Positions 53,275-63,651 of a stretch of DNA of 64,000 nt are shown here, piece after piece. The translations under genes and the position numbers were made by a program. Below the pieces are notes generated by a model, which saw only the letters and a program-made list of their open reading frames with translations, did not search any database and had not been told where the DNA came from. This stretch comes from TPA_inf: Saccharomyces (taxonomy: Eukaryota), in assembly GCA_000146045.2 (NCBI GenBank), contig BK006936.2, positions 544,001 through 608,000 on the forward strand. The letters run 5' to 3'. Each line of letters begins with the position of its first letter. Positions within the stretch are counted from its first letter, which is position 1.

Positions 53275-53362
53275 AACGTGAATTGATGAAAGTAAATAAA
53301 CAAAACAAAATCTCTAATTGTTGTAACACAAATACTAAGAAATTTGTTAGCTAATTCGGGAC

Positions 53363-54934
53363 ATGTACCAAAATAATGTATTGAATGCTATTTTGGCTTC
53401 TGAAAAATCAAACTTTCAATACGATAGTGGAACAATATTAAGAAACCACAAAAGACCAATAATAACATTTAATAACAACATAGAGCACACAGTATCCGAA
53501 CCTAATAATTTTACAGGCTATGAGGAAAAGGAAGATTTGGATATAATGGATATTTGTCCTTATTACCCAAAAGCAAGAATGCTGGCGGATGCCATTCAAC
53601 ATGCCAAAACGAGCGCAAGTGAAAACAAAATGGAACTATCAATGAAAACTATCCCATGTCTCAAGAAGGAAAACGTCCATGTTGAGAAAGGGCACGATTG
53701 GTCTCAACTCAGTACGAGCAGAATTTGTAAAATTTTAGAAGACATAGCAGATAAAAAAAATAAAACTAGAAGGCAATCTGCCCCATTACAAAAGACGAAG
53801 TATTTCCCAACAAATGAGAATCAAAATACCGATATAGAAAATCAGAATTGGTCCCAAATCCCCAATGAAGACATATGTGCACTTATAGAGAAGATTGCTA
53901 GCAGACGCAATAAAAATCGCAAACGGAAAAATCTTTCATGTTCTAAAGTCCAAGAAATTCAGGGAAATATTGATTTACCCAAAAAAGACGTACAAGAGGG
54001 AGATATTTCAGATTCGTCTCTATTTGCAGCAGTAAGAGGAACCAAAAAAGTTTCCGGATATGATTACAATTCAGAAGATAAGATACCTAATGCGATACGT
54101 CTTCCTTACTGTAAGCAAATATTACGATTATTCTCACTTTTACAAATGAAGAGAAATGACTTAATAGTCACCTCTGAAAATTGTAATAGCGGAGTTTTCT
54201 TCAGCAATTTTAATTATCAACTTCAAGTTAAATCGAATTGTATTGCAAATATTTCTTCTACACTCAGTTTTCTACCCCATCATGAAATAACCGTATACAC
54301 ATCCTTTATTCTCTATCCAAACGTTGTCGATAATATTTGGGAATGCACACGATACGCTATTCAACTTTTGAAGTCCGAAGCAGCACAGTTTACGCTACTG
54401 CGTGATATATATAGTGGCTTCACAATTATACTTTCAAATCATCGATATCATCCTAAGGGTTTTAGCGCTGATTACTGTTACAGTGCAAATGAATTGACAT
54501 TATTTCTTTTTGTTATTCGAACAGGGCAAAAAAAAGTACTTTATCGATCTATTCCTCACAACACAGCAGCAATTGAAAAAGACAGTTCTTTTGATACAGA
54601 AAATAGAAAGAGAAGGTCCGAGGAAGAGGTTGTTCTTAAATGTAGGAAGTGTTCTAATAATTCATTGGCATTAAAAGAAATCAGCACCTATCGTTTGGAT
54701 AGCGCAGAAGGTTTTGAGAAGTCTCAGCCTCTAAAAGATGAAGCAAAGCTCAGTGATATGAATTATGTACAAGGTAGTATCAGCTATAACAGGACTATTC
54801 TTACCGGCTTATGGAAATTATTTCACAGATTGTGCTGCAAAGATCGTTATAGGAAAACCAATCTGTCAGAAACATTGTTCTATGACGATTCAACGGAAAG
54901 ATGGGTTAGAATGGGAGAGTTAATGCACTATTGA
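53363..54934 (+). CDS. Uncharacterised ORF YBR184W, 523 aa
   Basis: 523-aa ATG-initiated ORF at the position expected for YBR184W; no recognisable domain. A URS1 element lies about 95 bp upstream (see findings). Confidence 0.7.
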   Translation: MYQNNVLNAILASEKSNFQYDSGTILRNHKRPIITFNNNIEHTVSEPNNFTGYEEKEDLDIMDICPYYPKARMLADAIQHAKTSASENKMELSMKTIPCLKKENVHVEKGHDWSQLSTSRICKILEDIADKKNKTRRQSAPLQKTKYFPTNENQNTDIENQNWSQIPNEDICALIEKIASRRNKNRKRKNLSCSKVQEIQGNIDLPKKDVQEGDISDSSLFAAVRGTKKVSGYDYNSEDKIPNAIRLPYCKQILRLFSLLQMKRNDLIVTSENCNSGVFFSNFNYQLQVKSNCIANISSTLSFLPHHEITVYTSFILYPNVVDNIWECTRYAIQLLKSEAAQFTLLRDIYSGFTIILSNHRYHPKGFSADYCYSANELTLFLFVIRTGQKKVLYRSIPHNTAAIEKDSSFDTENRKRRSEEEVVLKCRKCSNNSLALKEISTYRLDSAEGFEKSQPLKDEAKLSDMNYVQGSISYNRTILTGLWKLFHRLCCKDRYRKTNLSETLFYDDSTERWVRMGELMHY

Positions 54935-55122
54935 AAGGGAGATGCTTCAATAACTTTTTTCATGAAAAACTATTTAATAAATTTAATATATATACTTCAG
55001 AATGAAAAACAAATGAATAGTTTTTACTGAATATGTAAGTGGTATGTGGAATAAGAAACTCAAATGAAGCAATGGCTATTTACAGATGTTCCAAAACTTT
55101 TCGCATTTATATACATATTGCC

Positions 55123-55959
55123 TTAGCTTGGAGGTAAACGATATATATCACCGTTAACTTTCATTCTGTGTATGGCAACTTTAGCATCGTCCTCGTAGCT
55201 TTTCGGTAATTTATCATTTGGTTTACTTTCAAACAAAGATCCCATTAAAATCATATCATTAGTTGTAGCATCACACAAAAAGGCAATATAGTCTACAACG
55301 TCACGGTCTAACGTCTCAGTCTTCTTAGTTTGCTGATTGACTTTAATTAGTCTTTGCTTCGTATCAAATTTGTAAACCAACTGTAAATGCTCTAACGGCA
55401 TTCCGGGAATCATGATTGGTTGCACTGAGACTAGTTTAGGAACTGCATTAAACTTTATCAACTGCCAGTCCAGTGTTGCATTACCTGGAAGTTGACGGGA
55501 CCTAGCCTCGAGAGCTTCCTGAACCCATAATGAAACTAACCCTTTGATGTCCGACAAATTTTTATGAGCAAATGACGTGTTTACATTGATATACGTCTCT
55601 ATGGCTTTGTTTTTCCAGAGTAAAAAAGAAGGTTTAATGCCTGATTGAAAACGAAACAATGCGACTTGAACAGAGTTCAAACCAAACGTGTAAAGTCTTC
55701 TGATCAATGCATTTGCAACAATGAGAGGATGAGCAAATACATTTGGAAGGTTCTTGTAAGCCGAGGGGATAAATATTTCGGCAGCAACACCCAGGTGCCG
55801 AGGATTAAAATCTTGCTGCTTACTTTTATCTTTCTTCTTTGTAGTTTCACTTTCTTTATTCAAAATTAACCTCGAAGTTGAAAATAATCGCCGCTTGTTA
55901 AATGATATCAACAAGGATCTTGGAGGGAAGAAAAGGCATGTAGATCTTAATACACTCAT
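55123..55959 (-). CDS. MBA1: Mitochondrial inner-membrane ribosome receptor (Mba1/MRPL45-like), 278 aa
   Basis: 278-aa ORF with an N-terminal presequence-like region; length and synteny match YBR185C. Confidence 0.85.
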   Translation of the reverse strand: MSVLRSTCLFFPPRSLLISFNKRRLFSTSRLILNKESETTKKKDKSKQQDFNPRHLGVAAEIFIPSAYKNLPNVFAHPLIVANALIRRLYTFGLNSVQVALFRFQSGIKPSFLLWKNKAIETYINVNTSFAHKNLSDIKGLVSLWVQEALEARSRQLPGNATLDWQLIKFNAVPKLVSVQPIMIPGMPLEHLQLVYKFDTKQRLIKVNQQTKKTETLDRDVVDYIAFLCDATTNDMILMGSLFESKPNDKLPKSYEDDAKVAIHRMKVNGDIYRLPPS

Positions 55960-56455
55960 CTCATAAGCTTAGCTGAATGGATAGGCTTGCTTTCTGATGG
56001 AAATTTGCCTTGCTTTTCCAACTATTCCATTACTCAGGTTTTATTTTTTTATTTTGTAATATGGGGAGAAGGCCGGCAGAATATTTACGGACAAATGAAT
56101 AAATTGGATTGGATTGACTAGTGGAACGTGTAAAGATCGCGATACTCCGTACCAATCACCGAAAGATTGCCCGTAACCGAAATGACTCCATTCTCTGAAT
56201 TTTTTGTGAAACCAATATCTGAGACTCTTCCTTCATCTTATCAACGTATTGTTCAGTCAATTAAGTAAGAAGTATATTTGAGCGCAGCCTTAATCATATA
56301 TAGCACCAGTTATATGTTTGCCCCTCTCTTGAGTTGAAAAACACATAATACATAGTACTGTACTTTTCTCTTTTTCATCGTTGGCGAAAATATAATCTTT
56401 CTCAAAAATATATATATATGTATATATATCCTTAGATTTGCCGTTGACAATAAGG

Positions 56456-56468
56456 TGGGCGGCAAATC
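56456..56468. promoter_or_regulatory. PCH2: URS1-like element (tGGGCGGCAAAT) about 90 bp upstream of PCH2
   Basis: GGCGGC core with a partial flank match; PCH2 is an early meiotic gene. Confidence 0.4.
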
Positions 56469-56552
56469 TACGAAATGCGAGGCGGTTAAAAGAGAGTGAC
56501 AACATTTTCATAAAAATATTCTGATCTCAAACTGAAGACATAAAATAAGGAT

Positions 56553-58360
56553 ATGAGCTACATAGTTGACCTACAAGTGCGAGGATCATCTCTGAGGGTT
56601 ATCAAATGTATGTTTAGAGAGGATGAGCAAATTTCTTCTCTACATTCTGGTTCTGACTCGAAACAAAACAGCAACAAAAAGCTGGGAGAATTTTTGAATC
56701 TGTTAAAAGCAGTGGTCAAGAGGAAGTTGGAAAGTTTCCCAAAAGACCGTTTAAAGACTTCGATTATAACTGGCCAAGAATTAATGAGAGAGGGGCAAGG
56801 AAGTATTGAAATTAAGGATCCACCAACGGAGGCGCAACAACATTTGATTAGAAGCCTAGCAAAAGTTTTATTACACCAGTTTTCAAGCATAAATGGCAAA
56901 GTTAACACAGTAAATGAAGGACAAGATAATTTGTTTCTATCCTTATTCGTTAAAAAAATTTCTATAGAGCAACAGTCCACATCACACGTCTCTATTAAAT
57001 TGAACTTTCATGAGAAAATAAATTTGGGTCAGCACATAGATTCTATTTTAGATTCAGAGGAGACCAACGAGTCGGACACTTATCACATGGGATCTGTTGA
57101 CGAGTTCATTATATATCCCTTTTGCTGTCTGGAAGAGCAAGATGAGCTGAAAAATGGCAGCATACTGTCCACAGAGTTCGACAAGATTGACTTAGAACTA
57201 GACGAGGATGATGGTTTTGAGGGAGAAACTTTAAACAATTGTATCAATTCGGTGGGAAATTTTGACATTCCACTAAGTAAGCAAACACTAAACTTAGTAA
57301 ATATATCATATCTTCCAGGCACAACTTTCGAGGGCCAATGGGAATCGTTGTATTTTGGTAACAATATTAAAGAAAGGTTATATAGCTACGCAACTATATC
57401 TCTCAAGATAGCAAGATTCAAACAAACTGGAGACTCCAATCAAGAAGACATTACAACGCTAATCACAAATAATAAATTACTCCTTGTCCATGGTCCTCCG
57501 GGAACAGGTAAAACAACGTTATGCAAAGCACTTTGCCAAAAATTATCTGTGAGGCGGGAATTTTCAGACGGTTCCGATACCATTGATACTAATTATAAGG
57601 GGATAATAATAGAATTGTCTTGTGCACGCATCTTTTCTAAATGGTTTGGAGAATCGTCAAAAAATATATCAATAGTATTCAAAGACATTGAGGAGCTTTT
57701 AAAGGTCAATGAGGGACGAGGGATCTTTATATGCCTTTTGATAGATGAGGTTGAAGCAATAGCAAGTTCAAGAACAAATTTGTCAAGTAGAAATGAGTCA
57801 ACAGATGGAATCCGAGTTGTGAACACTTTACTTACGCAACTTGACAGGCTGAAAAAATACCATAACTTTTTAGCATTAGCCACGTCTAATTTATTAGATT
57901 CATTAGATGATGCTTTTGTTGATCGAGCAGATGGAGTTTTTTATGTTGGAAATCCAACAGCTGAGGGCATCCTCCACATTCTAAAGGTTTGCATAGAGGA
58001 GATGATAACTTCAGGTATAATTCTTTTTCACGCAAGATCAACTGGAGTCAAGTTCTTCAATAAATATCAGGACATTTTGCGGAAAATTGCTATCAAATGC
58101 TCGGTATGTTTTTTTCTTTTATTCTACTTTTACGATTCTTTTTCTTTCTTTCCTTCTTCATAAAAAAGCACTTTCACTAACTGTCTTTGTCAAACATAAA
58201 TATGCGATCAATATAGACCGTTGATATCAGTGGTAGAACAATAAGGAAATTGCCCTTGATGTGTCTGTCTGAATACTTCCGGACATTTCCTGTAGACGAC
58301 GATGAGTTTGTTCTGGCATTAGCTATGTCAGCGCGGAAGCTGAGCGCAGCGCGGAAGTGA
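56553..58360 (+). CDS. PCH2: Meiotic AAA+ ATPase (TRIP13 orthologue), 564 aa; join(56553..58103, 58217..58360)
   Basis: Exon 1 (517 codons) holds Walker A GPPGTGKT and Walker B LIDEVE. GTATGT at 58104 begins the intron, and exon 2 adds 47 aa (TVDISGRTIRKLPL...AARK*) to reach 564 aa. Confidence 0.9.
58104..58216 (+). other. PCH2: Spliceosomal intron of PCH2 (113 nt), near the 3' end of the gene
   Basis: 5' splice site GTATGT at 58104..58109; branchpoint-like CACTAAC at 58176..58182; 3' splice site AG at 58215..58216 (aatatag|acc). Confidence 0.85.
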
Positions 58361-58633
58361 CGGAGGAGCTTTTTCCTTTTTTTCGCTTCTTTCTTTTGTC
58401 TCATACTCATGTAGCATACTTTCGCGAACCCTATTCCAACGTTTTGTTGTTGCTCGCTTTCATGCTTAAAATTTTTATTATGTATTTTACGATCAAGGTG
58501 TATCGTGAACCACACGTTTATGAAATCCTTATTTTAGAATCAAAAAGTCCTACAATCTTGTTTGTGGAGTCTATATAAAGCTAAAGTTAGGTTCTACAAA
58601 GCAAGATACAAATACGAGGCCATCGAGTATTCA

Positions 58634-59476
58634 ATGGGAAATATGATAAAGAAGGCATCTTTAATAGCCCTCCTACCGCTGTTCACCGCCGCAGCCGCTG
58701 CAGCTACTGATGCGGAGACATCTATGGAATCTGGGAGTTCTTCACATTTGAAGTCTTTTTTAATGTCCGTTTCTATGATTGGGCTTTCTGAAATTGGTGA
58801 CAAAACCTTCTTGATCGCAGCCTTGATGGCAATGCGTCACAAAAGAGTTCTGGTGTTCTCAGCAGCAGCTACCTCCCTCGCTATTATGACCATCCTTTCT
58901 GGTGTGGTGGGTCATTCAGCCGTTGCTTTTCTTTCTGAACGCTATACAGCATTTTTTGCAGGTATTTTATTCTTAGTGTTCGGTTACAAATTGACTATGG
59001 AAGGTTTGGAGATGTCTAAGGATGCAGGTGTTGAGGAGGAAATGGCTGAAGTGGAGGAAGAAATTGCCATTAAAGACATGAACCAGGATATGGATGATGT
59101 TGAAAAAGGAGGCGACACTGCGTATGATAAACAGCTGAAGAACGCTTCGATTGGTAAAAAAATAGTGCACAGGATTCGCGAATTAGCATCATTTATGTTT
59201 TCCCCAGTTTGGGTTCAAATTTTCCTGATGGTTTTCCTAGGCGAGCTAGGTGACCGTTCACAAATTAGTATTATTGCCATGGCTACTGACAGCGACTATT
59301 GGTATGTTATTGCAGGTGCTGTTATTGGTCATGCCATTTGCTCTGGATTAGCAGTGGTGGGTGGGAAATTATTGGCAACAAGAATTAGCATAAGAACAAT
59401 CACTCTTGCTAGCTCGTTGTTATTCTTCATTTTCGCCTTGATGTATATATATCAAGCATTCACAACTCAGGATTGA
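58634..59476 (+). CDS. GDT1: Golgi Ca2+/Mn2+ cation/H+ exchanger (UPF0016/TMEM165 family), 280 aa
   Basis: The track ORF starts at TTG 58562; ATG at 58634 gives 280 aa with two E-x-G-D-(KR)-(TS) motifs (ELGDKT, ELGDRS). Confidence 0.85.
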   Translation: MGNMIKKASLIALLPLFTAAAAAATDAETSMESGSSSHLKSFLMSVSMIGLSEIGDKTFLIAALMAMRHKRVLVFSAAATSLAIMTILSGVVGHSAVAFLSERYTAFFAGILFLVFGYKLTMEGLEMSKDAGVEEEMAEVEEEIAIKDMNQDMDDVEKGGDTAYDKQLKNASIGKKIVHRIRELASFMFSPVWVQIFLMVFLGELGDRSQISIIAMATDSDYWYVIAGAVIGHAICSGLAVVGGKLLATRISIRTITLASSLLFFIFALMYIYQAFTTQD

Positions 59477-59684
59477 GATGGTTTGTAACCGTATTCTTCT
59501 TGGATTCTCTCTTTTTTCTCTTCATATTTAAGTGTGAATCTTGAAAAGAATATTTATAGACATACGTAACTAGTGTACGGCTGATATTTATTTGATGTAG
59601 CTTTTTTTTTTGCTAAGTTCATCGCTTTTCTTTCCCAGCCAACCCAATGAAGTCTTGCGCACGCAATTGGTTGTAATTATCCGA

Positions 59685-60107
59685 TCAGCCGCTATCATCA
59701 TTGTCACGGTCGGGTTCCTGTAATACCCTTTTCCTTATTATTCCCTTAATTTTTTCATTCGTTTTCTTCTCGAGCACTTCCATAATAGGCGCTAATTTGG
59801 CTTTGAGATCGCTGGTTTCGCAAACCTTATCGATGTAACGCTGATGTTCGTTTTTTTGGGGGATAATATATGGCTGACCACTCTCTTTTTGTTTCGTCTT
59901 CTGAATAGTTTCTTGTACAAAACTATTCGTTGCGTTAGAGCTCTGTCCTGTTTGAATCACCGTGTCATATACAGGTTCATTTGAAATATTTAAACCAACA
60001 AAATCATTGGCTTCTTCTTTGCCTGTTTTGCCCAGCTGGTTGATACGGGCACGTAACTGATTTAATTCTTGGTCCCTTTCTAGTGATAAATCTCGCAGAG
60101 AGGGCAT
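59685..60107 (-). CDS. NTC20: Prp19 (NTC) complex splicing factor, 140 aa
   Basis: The track ORF starts at TTG 60134; ATG at 60107 gives 140 aa (MPSLRDLSLERDQ...); matches YBR188C. Confidence 0.8.
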   Translation of the reverse strand: MPSLRDLSLERDQELNQLRARINQLGKTGKEEANDFVGLNISNEPVYDTVIQTGQSSNATNSFVQETIQKTKQKESGQPYIIPQKNEHQRYIDKVCETSDLKAKLAPIMEVLEKKTNEKIKGIIRKRVLQEPDRDNDDSG

Positions 60108-60288
60108 ACTGGTTGTAAAAAGTAGTCGCAACAAGTAAGTCGTAAAAAAGTAGATGTAATGGAAGGCTTTGAAGGAACGGCTAGCCAGCTTTTCTGTATC
60201 ATTCCTAGCCTAATTGACAGCATCTTGACCTTCTAGTATGGAAACTTTCAATTTCAGAAAGCGGTGTTCCCCGCTGCGACGATTTAAT

Positions 60289-60318
60289 CCGTACATTTAC
60301 ACATCTGTACATTTTTCA
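60289..60318 (+). promoter_or_regulatory. RPS9B: Two weak tandem Rap1-like sites (tCCGTACATTT and ACATCtGTACATTT) about 200 bp upstream of RPS9B
   Basis: The 3' half (RYACAYM) matches well and the 5' half has 2–3 mismatches. Confidence 0.25.
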
Positions 60319-60507
60319 TATTCGCAAAACAAAGGTTACTTGAAAAAATCATAAAGTTGGCGGCTTCAGGTGGACGCGCTTCACTCATGTAGCTTAACAT
60401 TCAATCCCATTAAGCATTATGCATAAATTTCATGAAGTTTACTTAATAAAATTGTTCATTTGCATAGACAAGAAAGAAAGCAACAAGACAACTAAGACTA
60501 AGCAACA

Positions 60508-61508
60508 ATGCCAAGTACGTATTAGACTATATCGAAGAGGAGGGAAATTCTTCACTCTGACTCGTTGATTTTGAAAGAGGTTCGGGTCCTCATAAATATT
60601 TGAGAATATGAAATTCCATAATAGTATACCTTCATTGAGTAGCACGACAACAGCCTGAATTACTATCCATATTATGAATATCTTTATTTACACTGAACTC
60701 CCGACACTTCAGTTAAACAGGGATACATTAGAGATCAAGGTGATCTAATAGGGAACATCTCTCTCGTAACAATGGGACAGTATTTTATTTTCCAAGGCGG
60801 ATACCTAATTATGCGTTTTTAATCATATCTCTACAATATTTATGAGCACTTACTTGGGCCCTTGCAGACTTTTGTTCCGGGAAAACTTTTGACTAACAAG
60901 AATCCAATTTTACTTTTTTTTTTTTAGGAGCTCCAAGAACTTACTCTAAGACTTACTCTACACCAAAGAGACCTTACGAATCTTCTCGTTTGGACGCAGA
61001 ATTGAAGTTGGCCGGTGAATTCGGTTTGAAGAACAAGAGAGAAATTTACAGAATTTCTTTCCAATTGTCTAAAATTCGTCGTGCTGCCAGAGACTTGTTA
61101 ACTAGAGACGAAAAGGACCCAAAGAGATTGTTCGAAGGTAATGCCTTGATCAGAAGATTGGTTAGAGTTGGTGTCTTGTCCGAAGACAAGAAGAAGTTGG
61201 ATTATGTTTTGGCTTTGAAGGTTGAAGATTTCTTGGAAAGAAGATTGCAAACTCAAGTCTACAAGTTGGGTTTGGCCAAGTCTGTCCACCACGCCAGAGT
61301 TTTAATCACTCAAAGACACATTGCTGTTGGTAAGCAAATCGTCAACATCCCATCTTTCATGGTCAGATTGGACTCTGAAAAGCACATTGACTTCGCTCCA
61401 ACTTCTCCATTCGGTGGTGCTAGACCAGGTAGAGTTGCTAGAAGAAACGCTGCTAGAAAGGCTGAAGCTTCCGGTGAAGCTGCTGAAGAAGCCGAAGACG
61501 AAGAATAA
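60508..61508 (+). CDS. RPS9B: Ribosomal protein S9 (uS4), 195 aa; join(60508..60514, 60928..61508) with a 413-nt intron
   Basis: Exon 1 is ATGCCAA followed by GTACGT. After the tttttttag 3' splice site, exon 2 GAGCTCCAAGAACTTAC... reads [29 protein letters not shown]...AEEAEDEE. Confidence 0.93.
60515..60927 (+). other. RPS9B: Spliceosomal intron of RPS9B (413 nt)
   Basis: 5' splice site GTACGT at 60515..60520; branchpoint-like GACTAAC at about 60892..60898; poly-T tract followed by the 3' splice site AG at 60926..60927. Confidence 0.88.
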
Positions 61509-61965
61509 ATAATTCGCTGATTTCATAACTGTATAATAAATTTTATAACTTTTCAAATCACGGATCATTTTTCATTTTACTTTGTCATTTTTATTTCATT
61601 TGAAAATGGGTAGAGGTACATAACTGGCGCTTTTCTTGCAAGATGACATGGCATTGGATGACACAAGTATTACTCAATACCCAACGTAAATAGCTAGAAG
61701 ATTTTGATCGGATTTAAATTCCCAACTGCAACTCAGTAGCGTTTAGGATTTTACACCTTGGCTTGGAGAAATCCTTATTGTCAGAAATTGAAGCCGTTAA
61801 TATTTAAAGGCTAATTCTCCATGCCATCTTGCATTCACTTTGGTATATATCTCTTGACCTCAATATATCTCGATAATATAAATCGCAATATTATACTTGT
61901 TAGTCTGACAGTTTTACACCTGTACATCTTCACCATCACCACACCCTTTTTTACTGGAGGCAAGG

Positions 61966-62277
61966 ATGAGTTTGAATATCGCCTTTTTCCCAGCCGCTAG
62001 AACATGCTCAGAACCGAGGAAAAGCACCGCTGCCAAACCTCCTTTGATGTGTTGGCCCACCGCTACTAGTGGCCGTGCTGGAAGCCCAGGCAGCGGTGGG
62101 GGCCACAATACGAGAGCTGGAAAGGTAAACGGTCTCTGCGCCTCTGTGAAATTTTATCACCAATGGAGTGTCATGTCTGGTAAAGATAATATAGAAAGTA
62201 GTGTGCAATTTCAGGCATTACCGATTGAACTTTGGAATAAGAGAACCAAGACAAAAATAACTAGCAACAATGGGTAA
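61966..62277 (+). CDS. Dubious ORF overlapping the RPL21A promoter and first exon (YBR190W-like), 103 aa
   Basis: 103-aa ORF covering the GC-rich RPL21A upstream region; it overlaps the RPL21A ATG and is unlikely to be coding. Confidence 0.12.
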   Translation: MSLNIAFFPAARTCSEPRKSTAAKPPLMCWPTATSGRAGSPGSGGGHNTRAGKVNGLCASVKFYHQWSVMSGKDNIESSVQFQALPIELWNKRTKTKITSNNG

Positions 62278-63140
62278 ATCGTATGTCATTTAATCCTATG
62301 AATCTACAGCACGAACGAATCATGGTATCTCAAACCGAACATATCGTCACAGAAATAAAAAGATTTAAAGACGTGTCTAGTGTGAATAAAGCAAACATAT
62401 CATTAGAGCAAAATATTGGGCAGATAAGATGATGCTACACTGATTCTGAGAAAATTACGTGACATGATAGGCTTTTAACGGGCTGTAAGTCATTAGTTTA
62501 CAGTCGTTGCTTTGAAAATTAGTTCAACATTAGAAGTGTAGTAATTACAAGCCCTTTTTCCAAACATTCGGTTATGTGCTGGGACGCATCTCAGAAACTC
62601 GCAAAACAATAGAATACTAACATGATTTCTTATAAATCTTAATTTTGATTTATTTCCTTATAATACAGACACGGTTACAGATCTCGTACTCGTTACATGT
62701 TCCAACGTGACTTCAGAAAGCATGGTGCCGTCCATCTTTCTACTTACTTGAAGGTCTACAAGGTTGGTGACATTGTCGACATCAAAGCCAATGGTTCTAT
62801 CCAAAAGGGTATGCCACACAAGTTTTACCAAGGTAAGACCGGTGTTGTCTACAACGTTACTAAGTCTTCTGTTGGTGTTATCATCAACAAGATGGTCGGT
62901 AACAGATATCTAGAAAAAAGATTAAACTTAAGAGTTGAACACATCAAGCACTCCAAGTGTAGACAAGAATTTTTGGAAAGAGTTAAGGCCAATGCTGCTA
63001 AGCGTGCTGAAGCTAAGGCTCAAGGTGTTGCTGTTCAATTGAAGAGACAACCAGCTCAACCAAGAGAATCCCGTATCGTTTCTACTGAAGGTAACGTTCC
63101 TCAAACTTTGGCCCCAGTTCCATACGAAACTTTCATCTAA
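62270..63140 (+). CDS. RPL21A: Ribosomal protein L21 (eL21), 160 aa; join(62270..62280, 62669..63140) with a 388-nt intron
   Basis: Exon 1 is ATGGGTAAATC followed by GTATGT. Exon 2 after tataatacag reads ...[43 protein letters not shown]...PYETFI. Confidence 0.93.
62281..62668 (+). other. RPL21A: Spliceosomal intron of RPL21A (388 nt)
   Basis: 5' splice site GTATGT at 62281..62286; branchpoint TACTAAC at about 62614..62620; 3' splice site AG at 62667..62668. Confidence 0.9.
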
Positions 63141-63651
63141 TTTACCCGATGCTGGTTTTGTATCGAAAAAGATTTTCAGGTTTTAGGTTTTATTTTTTGT
63201 CTATTTTTAAATATATAATATAATAAAAAATAAATTGTGTCTAATATCCATAATTTGTACATTTAGATTATTTCTTTTGGTTCTTTATTCTGACCTATAT
63301 AGACTACTCAACACAGTCACTTCATGTCATCCAGATATTACTTGCGTTGAGCATCTCTTTTGAATCCTCGCTTCGGGCTCTCTCTTAGTGAAAAATTAAC
63401 CTTACGCCAAAATCCAAGAAGTAAAATTAAAAAGAATAATGGTAAAAGTCTAACTTCACATAGAGAATTCAACTTTGTATAAAGGGGTAGCCTTGTTCTC
63501 TATAGAAACTGTTCTTTGAAGTACTGCTAACTGAGGTAAAAAAATCGGACGATTTTGTCTTTACGTGGTCCTATATTTATTGTGTCAAAGTCACCTACTT
63601 ACTTACATAGTTGACCATTCTCATATCCCATAATTTTTCAAGGAGATAAAG

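Noticed and set aside
62420-62455. Possible box C/D snoRNA (gaUGAUGc ... CUGA) inside the RPL21A intron
   Set aside because: The C-like and D-like boxes are only about 15 nt apart, there is no terminal stem or guide-length spacing, and no snoRNA is known in this intron. This is most likely coincidence.
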